Shown piece after piece: positions 41,274-51,095 of a DNA stretch of 64,000 nt. This DNA is from an uncultured Poribacteria bacterium (GTDB taxonomy: Bacteria > Poribacteria > WGA-4E > PCPOR2b): positions 2,141,531 through 2,205,530 of the forward strand of contig OY282444.1 of assembly GCA_958296125.1 (NCBI GenBank). Direction: 5' to 3'. Under the pieces are notes generated by a model. It saw nothing but the letters and a program-made list of their open reading frames with translations. It was not told the DNA's origin and searched no databases. The translations under genes and the position numbers were made by a program. How positions within the stretch are numbered: position 1 is the first letter of the stretch; every line of letters begins with the position of its first letter.

Positions 41274-41577
41274 AGTATCGGCCCCTTTGGAGTGCCTCCC
41301 ACTCGGATTTCTCCACGAAGGACTTGCTTGGAAACTCGTCGATCCCCATTTCTATTAGCTTCGGACGGATACGCCCAAGTAGGCCAGCAGTCCATTCCGG
41401 ATCGAGATGTTTCTGGTCCCCGTCGAATACGATGATAATGTGCAGATACTCTTCGCCATCACGGTCTGTTTCAGGTTTTACGATAATCGGATCGAATACA
41501 AATTCGTCCTCAAAGCGTTGGGCCAGCGTCTTGCTAACGATATTCGCAACCGCATCTGTCCGTGTTTTGTTTGTCAT
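41260..41577 (-). CDS. Small acidic protein, putative MNT-like antitoxin partner
   Basis: 105 aa, AGGAG RBS; DRDGEEYLHIIIVFDG and FP..SFV..SEW; overlaps the HEPN-like start. Confidence 0.6.
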   Translation of the reverse strand: MTNKTRTDAVANIVSKTLAQRFEDEFVFDPIIVKPETDRDGEEYLHIIIVFDGDQKHLDPEWTAGLLGRIRPKLIEMGIDEFPSKSFVEKSEWEALQRGRYFESA

Positions 41578-41696
41578 TGTATATCTCCTATGATTGCCGA
41601 CGTACATATCCGGCTATTATTAAATCCGTCACCCCTGCGGAGGTATCAGCATTGCGGCGATGTCTGCTGGCAACCGAAACCCATTTAATCCGCGAT

Positions 41697-44600
41697 TCAG
41701 ACATTTGCCGCCCCCTCCACAATCGCAATTTCTTCAGGGGTCAAGTTGTATAACAAGTATACTATCTGATCAATCTTTTTTTCAAGTTCGGATACATCGG
41801 TGTCTGGATTGGTGCGTTTGGCATCAAGGATTTGATCGACGAGTTCAATTATCGGTACTTGTTGTTCAAAAGTAGCAATTGGGACAGGAACCTTGCCTAC
41901 ATAGTAGTTATCGAAATCCATAGTCCTAATTGCAGAGCAAAAAATGAACCTATAAGCATACCAATTTATAAGCGTTGAATTAAAAAGAGACGAAATGAAA
42001 ATCGGGCTAAAGTTTTTATTTTCAATGATTGTATTTTCCACTGTATCAACATTCAATATATCGCCGGTTTTATCAACCGTTGAAGTTATTTTAATATGAG
42101 GCTTAGGATTTTGAATATGAGCCACAAGCCTCTGAGAAATTACTTTCGGCTGAAGTAAACGTTGAATTTTCTGACTTGTGAAGTCTAAATTCTCACGGTT
42201 TACAAATCCTTTTATACCTACAATTCCATACCTGCTGACTTCTTTACCGCCAATTACTTCAATATCACCGTGCGTGCTGAGATTCTTTTGGATAGGCAAT
42301 CCTCGAGTCGTCTTAGAAATATCTCTGCAATACGTTCCTGTGTTGGCAATTTTTGAACCCAACTTAATATCATCGCTTGACACATCACAGATCCAAGCCT
42401 GAAACTGTTTGGGATATTTTCTATCAATATGGGTCGTTCGCACAAAAGCGTTATTCAAAAACTTGCGCCCGACATAAAAACAATTGTCGCATTGAGGAGA
42501 ATAAATAAAAACAACCTGCTCCAACTTGACCTTTTTAAAGGCTTTTTCAACATCTACCAAAGTCGCTGTCTTTTCTAATAGAGAAAAAGCTAACTCATGC
42601 CATTTTTCGGAATACAATAGGGATTTGGGAACAATAAAAGCGACAATACCACCTTGACGATTACCCTGGATTAAACGATTCTTAGCATAATCAATAAACA
42701 ATGCCGCACTATTTGAATTTTTCGTGTTTTGGGCATTGGCTTTAATTTTGTTTAAATCATCTTGATTAATCTTAGCATTATAGGGGGGATTCCCAATCAC
42801 CACATCAAAGCCCTCCCTGACCCCAAACATCCACTCCGAATCAAACCAATCCGCGCTTGCATTTTGGTCGTAGGGGTCCCAGTTGGCAACTTTATCCGCA
42901 TTGTCGGCGGGCATGCCGATATGCCTTAATTCTGTCGCTAATTCTCGCCGCAATTTTTTGTCCGCTCGCTTGCACGCGAGTTTCTGCGGGCGTGTCGTTG
43001 CGTGGAAATGCCGTTCGCGATTCTCCCCCAATTCCCGCTCTAATACTTCCGCTTTGGGGCTTGTGAGGGTTCGCTCCCCTTCGAGCCCGATTAGCGTGTT
43101 TGCCGCGATAAAGCGCGTCTCCAGATTCGGCAACGGCTTAATCCCGAAATTGTCTGCATTCCTATCCGGCTCCTGCTCAATAGCAAGGGAGATAAAAAAG
43201 CGGAGTTTGGCGATTTGACAGGCGATGGATTGAATGTCCAAACCGAAGATGCTGTTTTGAATTAGATACAACTTGCGTCCGAAGTCCGAATCCCGATAGC
43301 GTTTGAAAGTTTCATTGATTTCCAGTAGTTCTTCACGCCGCACTTGATCATCTTTCGTTTCAAACGCAGCCTCTGCCCGCTGTAGGGCACGCTCTTTTTG
43401 CAGTTTTTCCCAGATTTCGTTTTCGGGGTCAATCCGCCGCAAAGCCAGAGTGAGTTTGTGCAAAACGCCCATCGGGAACGCCCCGGAACCGACTGCGGGG
43501 TCTAACACCTTGAGCTCGGAAATCGCCCGCACAACCCTCTCCGCCTCGTCCGCTTCAAACAACTCGTTGGCATCGTCGAAAGCTTGTGCATAATCGAGCA
43601 GATAGCGCAACCGCTCCTCCCAAAACTTCGCATCGCCGTCCGTTGGCGGCCCCTGTCGCGTCAGTGCCGCTACTAACACCTCGTCCACCATGTAATCCAC
43701 AATAGGGCGCGGAGTGTAATAAGATCCCGTCTGTTTCCGTGCTGTCGCGCCGGTTTCGGGGTTATACGCTGCAAGTAGGTTTTCAAACACCTTGCCGAGC
43801 AGCTCCGGATCCAACGCCACCTCCTGCTCTATCGGCGTGTTTTCCTCAACGGTGAATTTGTAGTGAGTTAGCAGGGGGAATAGCCCGCGTGCCTCATCAA
43901 AGAAGAGACGGTTGGGAACGCTCAACTCCTTGTTACCTCCATCAGAAAAGCAGTCAATCCGATAGCCGCCGGTCCCGGTAGCCTTCTCACTGTCCAAGCA
44001 ATCAAACAAGCCCCCATTGATAAACGGTGTCTGTTCAAACAGTTTCAGCAGTTTATCCGGGGCAGCTATCTGATCTTTGTAGCGATACCGCGAGAAATTG
44101 CGATGGTCGGCGTTTGTCCCTTTGCTAAACCGACGCTTCTCTATCTCCGTGTTCAGTGTGGCAAAAAACAGGTTCTGGAGCACGGCGCGGTAATAGGTAT
44201 CGCCTTTGTCGCGGTCATAGTTTTTCAACAGGTTACCGATTTTCGTCTCGTTAAACAGATCCGCGGTAACCAGTCCTTTCTCTTTGATAAACCAGATAAA
44301 CAGTAGGCGCGTTATCAACCGGATCACATGCTCCTCCGGCTGTAACGTCCGCTTCTCTTTTTTCGGGAATTCTGCCACTGCCACCGCCCATTCAAACCAA
44401 GCGAACAACTCCTTGTAAAACCGCTTGTTGAGTTCAGAGGTGTCGAGTGTTTTCTGCCACACCTGATGGAGCTCGAGGAAGTTTGTGAATTCGTGTTGGC
44501 GGTATAACTCCTTGAGGGAGAGATCGGATAGGATATCGATATGGGCACGGTGGGGGCTGCTGAAATCAATGTCCTTGATCAGCGTTATCTTTTCGAGAAC

Positions 44601-45101
44601 ATCGCTGTTTTCGTCGCGCTTGTGGGGGCGGCGGTCAATAATCGACAGCGTGAGCGTCCTCCCATGCTGAAAAATTACCATCGCGGGCATCGGGGTCAGC
44701 TTGTTGATTTCACGGGTGACCCCCGAAAGTTGGGTGCGGGTGTAGTCACGGCTCCGTAGCTTCAGGGCGAAAAAGAGGTAGGATTGATAAAGTTCCTTAT
44801 CAACTTCGCTGCTGCCGAATCGAAGCGTGCCCTGAGCGCTCTGGGTAATATCCTCGCCTGTCAGTTGACACAGGAAATCAATCGACTCCCATTCCTCTAG
44901 CTGCGCCCTCTCCTGATTCATCTCACCAAACTGCCCGAAAAGCTCAATAAATCCCGCTGCGGTATTCGGTTCAAGGTCGATCGCTCTTTCGCTCTGGTAG
45001 CCGAGTGTGTTAAGCAGGTTTCGGGCGTTTTCGGCGAGGTCGCCACTTCCGAAGCCGTTTAGGGCGTGTCCAACTGCGTTTTTGTATGCTGTATCGTTCA
45101 T
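41697..45101 (-). CDS. Eco57I/type IIG-like N6-adenine DNA methyltransferase with C-terminal TRD
   Basis: PFINGGLF, LLGKVFENLL, TGSYYTP, LDPAVGSGAF, FDVVIGNPPY and a TaqI-C-like tail IDQIVY.LY.LT.EEI. Confidence 0.9.
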   Translation of the reverse strand: MNDTAYKNAVGHALNGFGSGDLAENARNLLNTLGYQSERAIDLEPNTAAGFIELFGQFGEMNQERAQLEEWESIDFLCQLTGEDITQSAQGTLRFGSSEVDKELYQSYLFFALKLRSRDYTRTQLSGVTREINKLTPMPAMVIFQHGRTLTLSIIDRRPHKRDENSDVLEKITLIKDIDFSSPHRAHIDILSDLSLKELYRQHEFTNFLELHQVWQKTLDTSELNKRFYKELFAWFEWAVAVAEFPKKEKRTLQPEEHVIRLITRLLFIWFIKEKGLVTADLFNETKIGNLLKNYDRDKGDTYYRAVLQNLFFATLNTEIEKRRFSKGTNADHRNFSRYRYKDQIAAPDKLLKLFEQTPFINGGLFDCLDSEKATGTGGYRIDCFSDGGNKELSVPNRLFFDEARGLFPLLTHYKFTVEENTPIEQEVALDPELLGKVFENLLAAYNPETGATARKQTGSYYTPRPIVDYMVDEVLVAALTRQGPPTDGDAKFWEERLRYLLDYAQAFDDANELFEADEAERVVRAISELKVLDPAVGSGAFPMGVLHKLTLALRRIDPENEIWEKLQKERALQRAEAAFETKDDQVRREELLEINETFKRYRDSDFGRKLYLIQNSIFGLDIQSIACQIAKLRFFISLAIEQEPDRNADNFGIKPLPNLETRFIAANTLIGLEGERTLTSPKAEVLERELGENRERHFHATTRPQKLACKRADKKLRRELATELRHIGMPADNADKVANWDPYDQNASADWFDSEWMFGVREGFDVVIGNPPYNAKINQDDLNKIKANAQNTKNSNSAALFIDYAKNRLIQGNRQGGIVAFIVPKSLLYSEKWHELAFSLLEKTATLVDVEKAFKKVKLEQVVFIYSPQCDNCFYVGRKFLNNAFVRTTHIDRKYPKQFQAWICDVSSDDIKLGSKIANTGTYCRDISKTTRGLPIQKNLSTHGDIEVIGGKEVSRYGIVGIKGFVNRENLDFTSQKIQRLLQPKVISQRLVAHIQNPKPHIKITSTVDKTGDILNVDTVENTIIENKNFSPIFISSLFNSTLINWYAYRFIFCSAIRTMDFDNYYVGKVPVPIATFEQQVPIIELVDQILDAKRTNPDTDVSELEKKIDQIVYLLYNLTPEEIAIVEGAANV

Positions 45102-48100
45102 TTAATCACCAACCATGTAATAAGTTCAAAGTCAGTCATATCGCTGACCTGTTCACCTCGTTTGGGCAGGACACCGCCACGACTCGATAAGAGGTTGCCG
45201 ATAGCCCGTTTCTGATAGGTGCTATTCAGCGACTGCACCGCTTTCTGAATCAGGTCGTTATATTGCGTCATGTTTTCGCCGTTATCTGTCTGCTTGTTGA
45301 ACAGACGCACCAGCTCCTCGTGCGGTTTTTCCACGCCCGCGCACAATAGACGATACATCTCAAGAATCTGTTTCGGTTGGACAAAGGTAAAGCGCACTTT
45401 GCCATCTTCCCGGATATAGACGAGGAAATAGGGGTGCAACGGATTGATCTTCTCGTTTTCCGTCACATCGCCCTTTTGTCTCAGACAGAAGATAACGCCG
45501 GGGGTAATCACCGGATAATCCGGGTGCGTTGGGACAACGGCATAAAGTCCAAACGGCGCGTCTCCGAGGATTTGCCGATTATTCTCGATATACTTCATCA
45601 GCTCGATGCGGAAATCGTCGAGGGTGAATTCATTGAGCGCGACGCTTTCACTGAAATCCTCAAGGTCTAAGACTTCATCTTTCAAGCGCAGGAGTTGCTT
45701 GTCGCGGTATTTGAGATCATCGGCAATCGCGTCCTGAATCTCCTCGGGCGGCAGCAGATTGTCTTCCTGAGTGGCGGCGATATCCACCAGTGCCATCCGT
45801 GCCTCAACGCGATTTTTCAGCTTGATGTAGCGGTTGAGGTCGGGCGTTGGCCAAAAATTGACAAGTTGGACGCTGGAGTTGATACTCCCGATGCGGTCAA
45901 TTCGTCCAAACCGTTGAATGATACGCACCGGATTCCAGTGAATATCGTAGTTAATCAGGTAATCGCAGTCTTGCAGATTTTGCCCTTCGGAGATACAATC
46001 TGTGCCAATTAGTAGGTCGAGCTCCCGGTCCTGCTGCATTGATGTGATTTTGGCGCGGTTCTTCGCAACTGGCGAGAAATTGGTGAGGATGTGGTTGAAG
46101 TCATTCATTCCAAACGTGGTTTTGTTCGCCATTGAGCCGCCCGTCACCAGCGCACTGTGAATATTCAATTCCTCGGTTGCCCACTGATGGAGTGCATCGT
46201 AGAGATAGGCGGCGGTATCCGCAAAGGCGGTGAATACTAGCACCTTGCGATTCGGTTGTCCCCGTTTATCGGTCGGCGGGTTTTTGACCTTCTCAGCGAT
46301 CAGTTTCTTGAGTTCGGCGAGTTTGGCATCGCGGTCGGCGGCAATCTCTTTTGCAGCACGGTAGGGCAGCTCAAGTTGCTTACGGTCGCGCTTCAAATCC
46401 CCCAACCACGCTTCAACGTCAAGGTGCGCCATCTTGAAGACTAATTTTTTGCCAACCTGCATCGCTGCCTGTAGGTCTTCGTCTTCGAGGGCTTCAATTT
46501 CAATCTCTTCCAGGTCCAGATTGGGATTTTCGTCGCGGAACGCTTGAAACCGTCGGATGCGTGCTTCCAGGCCCTTAATTTTTTCGATGGTCCGCTCCAA
46601 CGTAATGGAAAAGGAGTGGACGGAACTTTCCAACCGTTTGAGGAAGTTTACCTTCATCATACCGATTAGATAGTGTTCGCGGTGGCTTTGCGTAAAGTGT
46701 TTGATTCGCCCCACATCATACTCGGAAAGGTATTCGGAAAGGACATAGTTCGAGGGGTTATACAGGGAAAGCTGGTAATCGGAGATCTGATCGTTCAGCG
46801 CGTCGTAAGACATAAACTGACCTCTCAGATCGATTTCGGAATAGACAGAGAGCGGGGTCTCTCGTTTCGGGAATCCACCAAGTTCTTTAAGCGAGTCTGT
46901 GTAGTATTTCTCAATGTGTTTGCGGGAACGGGCGATGGTTAGCTCGTCAAGCAACTTGAAAAATGCGGAACTGAGCCGTTCCAACAAGGTGGAGGTTTGT
47001 CGGTGTGCACCGCTCTGCTTCGCCCATTCGGTAAAGACGCGTTGAGCGGTTGCTAGGGTGTCTTTCAGGCTAACAATACCGATCGATTCACGGAAGGCTT
47101 CATCGCGATCTTCGGTCAAAAAAGAGATCTGATTGCGTAAGTCTTTCAAATCGTTGTTGACCGGCGTGGCGGAAATCAGCAGCACTTTGGTTTTGATCCC
47201 GCTCTGGATAATATTCTCCATCAGCCGTTGATAACGACTTTTGCGAATCAGGTTGCCATCCTCGTCTCGCACTCCCGGTGTGTTATTTCGGAAATTGTGC
47301 GATTCATCAATGACAACCAGATCGAAATTGCCCCAGTTGATGGTTGCCAGATCAAGGTCACCCGACTTGCCGTGGTCGCGGCTCAGATCGGTGTGTGACA
47401 GCACCGTGTATCCGAAGCGGTCTCGGAGGAAGGGATTGAGGGCGCTATTGTTCTGTGCCTGATAAATTGTCCAGTTGTCGCGCAGTTTCCGGGGGCACAG
47501 GACGAGGACCCTGTCATTGAGCAGTTCAAAGTATTTGATCACTGCCAATGCCTCGAAAGTTTTGCCCAAGCCAACACTATCAGCGATGATACAACCGTTG
47601 TGTTGAAGAATTTTGTTAATCGCGCCCTTTACGCCATCCTTCTGAAATTCAAACAGGGCGTTCCAAATCTCTGTATCAACGAGTTGCATTTGCTCGGTAA
47701 GCAGCCCGCTGTCTTCCTGTTCCCCTAAAAATTGCTCAAAGATGTGAAACAGCGTTTTGTAGTAGATAAATTCCGGATCGTGATCCCGATAGAGTTGCTC
47801 AAGATACCACAGCACATCCTCTTTGACATCTTCGACCCGATCTTTGTCATGCCAGAGTTCATCAAACCACGCTTTCAGGTCGCGGCGGTCGCGGTTGCTA
47901 TCTACCTCCAGATTGAGTTCAATATTATTGCCCGTCGGACTCATCCCCAGGCCGCGCATCGTGAAATTGGAACTGCCCACAATCGCCTCTTCCACGCCAT
48001 TATTGGCGATGTGGTACATTTTCCCGTGTAACAGATTCAATGCTCTGATCGACCGAATCTGCACCTTTTTTGTTATCCACTCGGCGCATTCTTTGGCGAC

Positions 48101-48403
48101 GCGATTTTGTGTTAGTCGATCCGGAAGTTGCAACCCCTCGTCCTCGAGCTTGAAGGCTTTCTTGTCCGTCTTTTTCGGGTCAAGGCTGTTGATAAAACGC
48201 GGTTCGCCAAACAGAAACCGGAGCTCTTCGATTTCCACAAGCGATGCTTTCAGCGCATCAAAAGCATAAATTGTAAAGTACGCGGAGACAATGGAAAGTG
48301 ATGAACCGTTCTGGATTTTGGACTTGAGAAACTCGCCCACCGTGCCCCGCTGATGGTTATCCCGGATTCCAGACATTTGAAGCTGTGAACTGCTACGTGA
48401 CAT
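45098..48403 (-). CDS. PLD-nuclease/SNF2-like helicase fusion
   Basis: N-terminal SAYFT..LHGKMY..GSSNFT..N.ELN (PLD); ADSVGLGKT, DESHNFRN, ISATPVNN, SEGQNLQD and WNPVRIIQRFGRIDRIG. Confidence 0.9.
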   Translation of the reverse strand: MSRSSSQLQMSGIRDNHQRGTVGEFLKSKIQNGSSLSIVSAYFTIYAFDALKASLVEIEELRFLFGEPRFINSLDPKKTDKKAFKLEDEGLQLPDRLTQNRVAKECAEWITKKVQIRSIRALNLLHGKMYHIANNGVEEAIVGSSNFTMRGLGMSPTGNNIELNLEVDSNRDRRDLKAWFDELWHDKDRVEDVKEDVLWYLEQLYRDHDPEFIYYKTLFHIFEQFLGEQEDSGLLTEQMQLVDTEIWNALFEFQKDGVKGAINKILQHNGCIIADSVGLGKTFEALAVIKYFELLNDRVLVLCPRKLRDNWTIYQAQNNSALNPFLRDRFGYTVLSHTDLSRDHGKSGDLDLATINWGNFDLVVIDESHNFRNNTPGVRDEDGNLIRKSRYQRLMENIIQSGIKTKVLLISATPVNNDLKDLRNQISFLTEDRDEAFRESIGIVSLKDTLATAQRVFTEWAKQSGAHRQTSTLLERLSSAFFKLLDELTIARSRKHIEKYYTDSLKELGGFPKRETPLSVYSEIDLRGQFMSYDALNDQISDYQLSLYNPSNYVLSEYLSEYDVGRIKHFTQSHREHYLIGMMKVNFLKRLESSVHSFSITLERTIEKIKGLEARIRRFQAFRDENPNLDLEEIEIEALEDEDLQAAMQVGKKLVFKMAHLDVEAWLGDLKRDRKQLELPYRAAKEIAADRDAKLAELKKLIAEKVKNPPTDKRGQPNRKVLVFTAFADTAAYLYDALHQWATEELNIHSALVTGGSMANKTTFGMNDFNHILTNFSPVAKNRAKITSMQQDRELDLLIGTDCISEGQNLQDCDYLINYDIHWNPVRIIQRFGRIDRIGSINSSVQLVNFWPTPDLNRYIKLKNRVEARMALVDIAATQEDNLLPPEEIQDAIADDLKYRDKQLLRLKDEVLDLEDFSESVALNEFTLDDFRIELMKYIENNRQILGDAPFGLYAVVPTHPDYPVITPGVIFCLRQKGDVTENEKINPLHPYFLVYIREDGKVRFTFVQPKQILEMYRLLCAGVEKPHEELVRLFNKQTDNGENMTQYNDLIQKAVQSLNSTYQKRAIGNLLSSRGGVLPKRGEQVSDMTDFELITWLVIK

Positions 48404-48453
48404 AATCTACTCCTAGCCGATCGTTCCTTCATTATTGTGGAGATGACGCTATT

Positions 48454-48482
48454 CTTATATCACAATTTGTCCGTCACGTCAA
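48454..48482 (-). promoter_or_regulatory. Sigma70-like promoter for the helicase-MTase operon
   Basis: TTGACG-17 nt-TATAAG with extended TG. Confidence 0.55.
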
Positions 48483-48597
48483 GGGGAAAGCATCATCGGG
48501 GTGTGAAAGGAATTTGTCAGTCACGTTAGTAGAAAGTAGAAATATGTTGTCAAATCCCTAGATGGATGTTATTCTAACTCATAGAAAGGAGTGCTTT

Positions 48598-49704
48598 ATG
48601 TCACATCAACCAAAAATTGAAGATAGTGGATCCCAAATCAGAATTACTGCGCTACACGCCTTTCCTATGGGCGTCAAAGCCTATGTCAAAATCGAGACCA
48701 ACATGGGAGTGACGGGTTGGGGCGAGATTAACAACATGGAGAACAATGTTACCTGCCGCCTCGCAGAATCGCTCTCGGAAATCATTATCGGCGAAAACCC
48801 GACTCGCATTGAGCATCATTGGCAGCGACTTTTTCGCGCCCACCGCAACATCCGCGGCGGCGGATTGATGGTGCATACCATCTCCGCAATTGACATGGCG
48901 TTGTGGGACATCGCCGGCAAGCTCTGGAATGTCCCCGTCTACCGCTTACTCGGTGGTCCATGCCGCGACAAGGTCTGGATGTACCCGAGTCCCAAAGCCA
49001 TCAAAACAGGGCCCGGCGGTTCCAAACCGTTTGCCGGAACACCTATGGAGATCAAAGAGCTGGTTCAAAAGGTGCGGGAAGCGCGTGCACAGGTTGGACC
49101 CGATGGAGCTGTGATGTTTGATGCCCATAGTTGCCTACCACCCCCTATCGTGAAACAATTTGCAAGCTATCTAAAAGCTGATGACCTGCTTTTCTTGGAA
49201 GAAGCGTGGGTGCCCGGTAACATTGAGGTGATGCGGAAGATTCGCGAATCGGTTCCCGTCCCGCTGGCGACAGGGGAGCGCGATCGGACCATCTGGGAGG
49301 TTCGCGAAATCCTCGAAGCGCAGGTGATTGACATCCTTCAACCGGATTGTGGACATGGCGGCGGCATCAGCCAAATGAAGAAGGTAGCAGCCCTCGCAGA
49401 AGCCCATCACGTCCCGCTTGCACCGCATTGCACAATGTCGCATCTCGGGTTGACCGCTAGTCTACATGTGGCGGCATCCGTCCCATTTTTCTTAATACAT
49501 GAAGGTTACAAAGGTGTCTTGCCAGAAAGTGTGGCACGGAAGACATGGGAAATGGATGCGGAGGGCTATGTTTCGCTACCAGAAGGTCCCGGCTTGGGCG
49601 TTGAGGTTGATGAGGCATCGGTGATTGAAGTCGGAAAAGATACTGAGCGTAAGTTCACCTGGCCCGACAGTCGATTGAAGGATGGCTCGGTCGCAGATTA
49701 TTAG
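48598..49704 (+). CDS. Mandelate racemase/enolase superfamily (galactonate dehydratase-like)
   Basis: TGWGE, SAIDMALWDIAGK..PVY.LLGG, FDAH, FLEE, ATGER, QPD and APH. Confidence 0.88.
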   Translation: MSHQPKIEDSGSQIRITALHAFPMGVKAYVKIETNMGVTGWGEINNMENNVTCRLAESLSEIIIGENPTRIEHHWQRLFRAHRNIRGGGLMVHTISAIDMALWDIAGKLWNVPVYRLLGGPCRDKVWMYPSPKAIKTGPGGSKPFAGTPMEIKELVQKVREARAQVGPDGAVMFDAHSCLPPPIVKQFASYLKADDLLFLEEAWVPGNIEVMRKIRESVPVPLATGERDRTIWEVREILEAQVIDILQPDCGHGGGISQMKKVAALAEAHHVPLAPHCTMSHLGLTASLHVAASVPFFLIHEGYKGVLPESVARKTWEMDAEGYVSLPEGPGLGVEVDEASVIEVGKDTERKFTWPDSRLKDGSVADY

Positions 49705-49865
49705 AACCCAAGCTGCTGGTAGTAGGCATACTCCCTATGTCGTAACCTCCACACACCCGTAGGTCGGGCATCCTGCTCGACTCATAACCCTAGCGGGGCG
49801 ATAGGTGGCAACTTGCGTTATTAATGCAGCGGCATTCTGATTGTTGCTATGAGGAGAGGTGCGCT

Positions 49866-50954
49866 ATGAAAGTAACTTCTGTTGAGAGTTTTCGGGTTGA
49901 AGTTCCAATCACTGAGGAGAAACGGCAGCAGCGATACTACAATTCTTCGGGGATTACGCGAATCCATACCGATGAAGGCATCACAGGTTACGGCTTCCAT
50001 GAAGTGGATGTCGATGTTGTCAGCCAACTTTTGGTGGGGGCGGATCCGTTTCAGATTGAGCGACATCTCGAGGCGGGTTTGGATAAGTGGTTTGGTGCAG
50101 AAAATGCGCTTTGGGACATTGTGGGCAAAGCAGCGGGAATCCCCCTGCATAAGCTAATGGGTGCCTATCGCGATGAGATTCCTCTATACCTGACCTGTGT
50201 TTGGCCCGGCGCAGCGGATCAGACCGACGTGACACCCCATCAACAGGCTGAAGATGTATTGCGATATTCAGAACACGGGTACAAAGCGGTCAAGATTCGC
50301 ATATTCCGGCCAGATCTGATGGAGGATATCGAAGCCATCCGATTAATTCGCGAACAGGTTGGTGGACGGGATAAGATAGAAGTGATGGTGGACAGAACAG
50401 CGGAATACTCTGGCTCCACTTGGGATTATGATACCGCGCTTCGCGCCGCCAGGGCACTGGAGGCGGTAGATGCCACTTGGCTGGAAGAACCCTTCACTCG
50501 CGGCGACATACACCTTCACGCTCGGCTGCGGGCAGAAACAGACATCCCCATCACCGGCGGAGAGCATCAGCCGGCAGAGGTCTATCGGGGATATGTTCAG
50601 GGCGAAGCGTTTGATATTGTCCAACCCCATTGTGCCAATCTGATCGTCACACTGAAAAGGGTGGCAAGTATGGCTGAGATGTTTGGCATGGAATGTATTT
50701 TTCACGGGTCACACGGGATGAATCTAGTCTATTCGTTGCAAGTTGCTGCAACCATCCGCACCTGCCGGATGCAAGAATTGGTTTTCACAACCCCGCCGGC
50801 CCTCCCTGAAGATGCTTGGTCGCCTTTGAACAAGTTGGTCAAAGCGGATACGCTTTACACGGTGAAAGATGGCTGTGTCCAAATTCCACAAGCACCGGGC
50901 ATGGGAATAGAGCTCGACGAGGAAGCACTTGAACGGTATCGCGTTGACAGCTGA
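49866..50954 (+). CDS. Mandelate racemase/muconate lactonizing enzyme family protein
   Basis: ALWDIVGK, KAVKIR, VMVD, WLEEP, TGGE and PGMGIELD. Confidence 0.85.
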   Translation: MKVTSVESFRVEVPITEEKRQQRYYNSSGITRIHTDEGITGYGFHEVDVDVVSQLLVGADPFQIERHLEAGLDKWFGAENALWDIVGKAAGIPLHKLMGAYRDEIPLYLTCVWPGAADQTDVTPHQQAEDVLRYSEHGYKAVKIRIFRPDLMEDIEAIRLIREQVGGRDKIEVMVDRTAEYSGSTWDYDTALRAARALEAVDATWLEEPFTRGDIHLHARLRAETDIPITGGEHQPAEVYRGYVQGEAFDIVQPHCANLIVTLKRVASMAEMFGMECIFHGSHGMNLVYSLQVAATIRTCRMQELVFTTPPALPEDAWSPLNKLVKADTLYTVKDGCVQIPQAPGMGIELDEEALERYRVDS

Positions 50955-51095
50955 CAGATATGAGGGGAAAATTCGCTGCACCAATGAACTAATGAACCAA
51001 TTATTTTCACGTTTCACGCATCACATCCCATATTCAGACAGGCGCCGGAACAACAGCTAACAACCCACGTTTTAATACCGTAGAGGAGAATATAC

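Noticed and set aside
41697-48403. DISARM or BREX call for the helicase-MTase pair
   Set aside because: No drmA/drmB (DUF1998) or brxC/pglZ genes; only two core genes.
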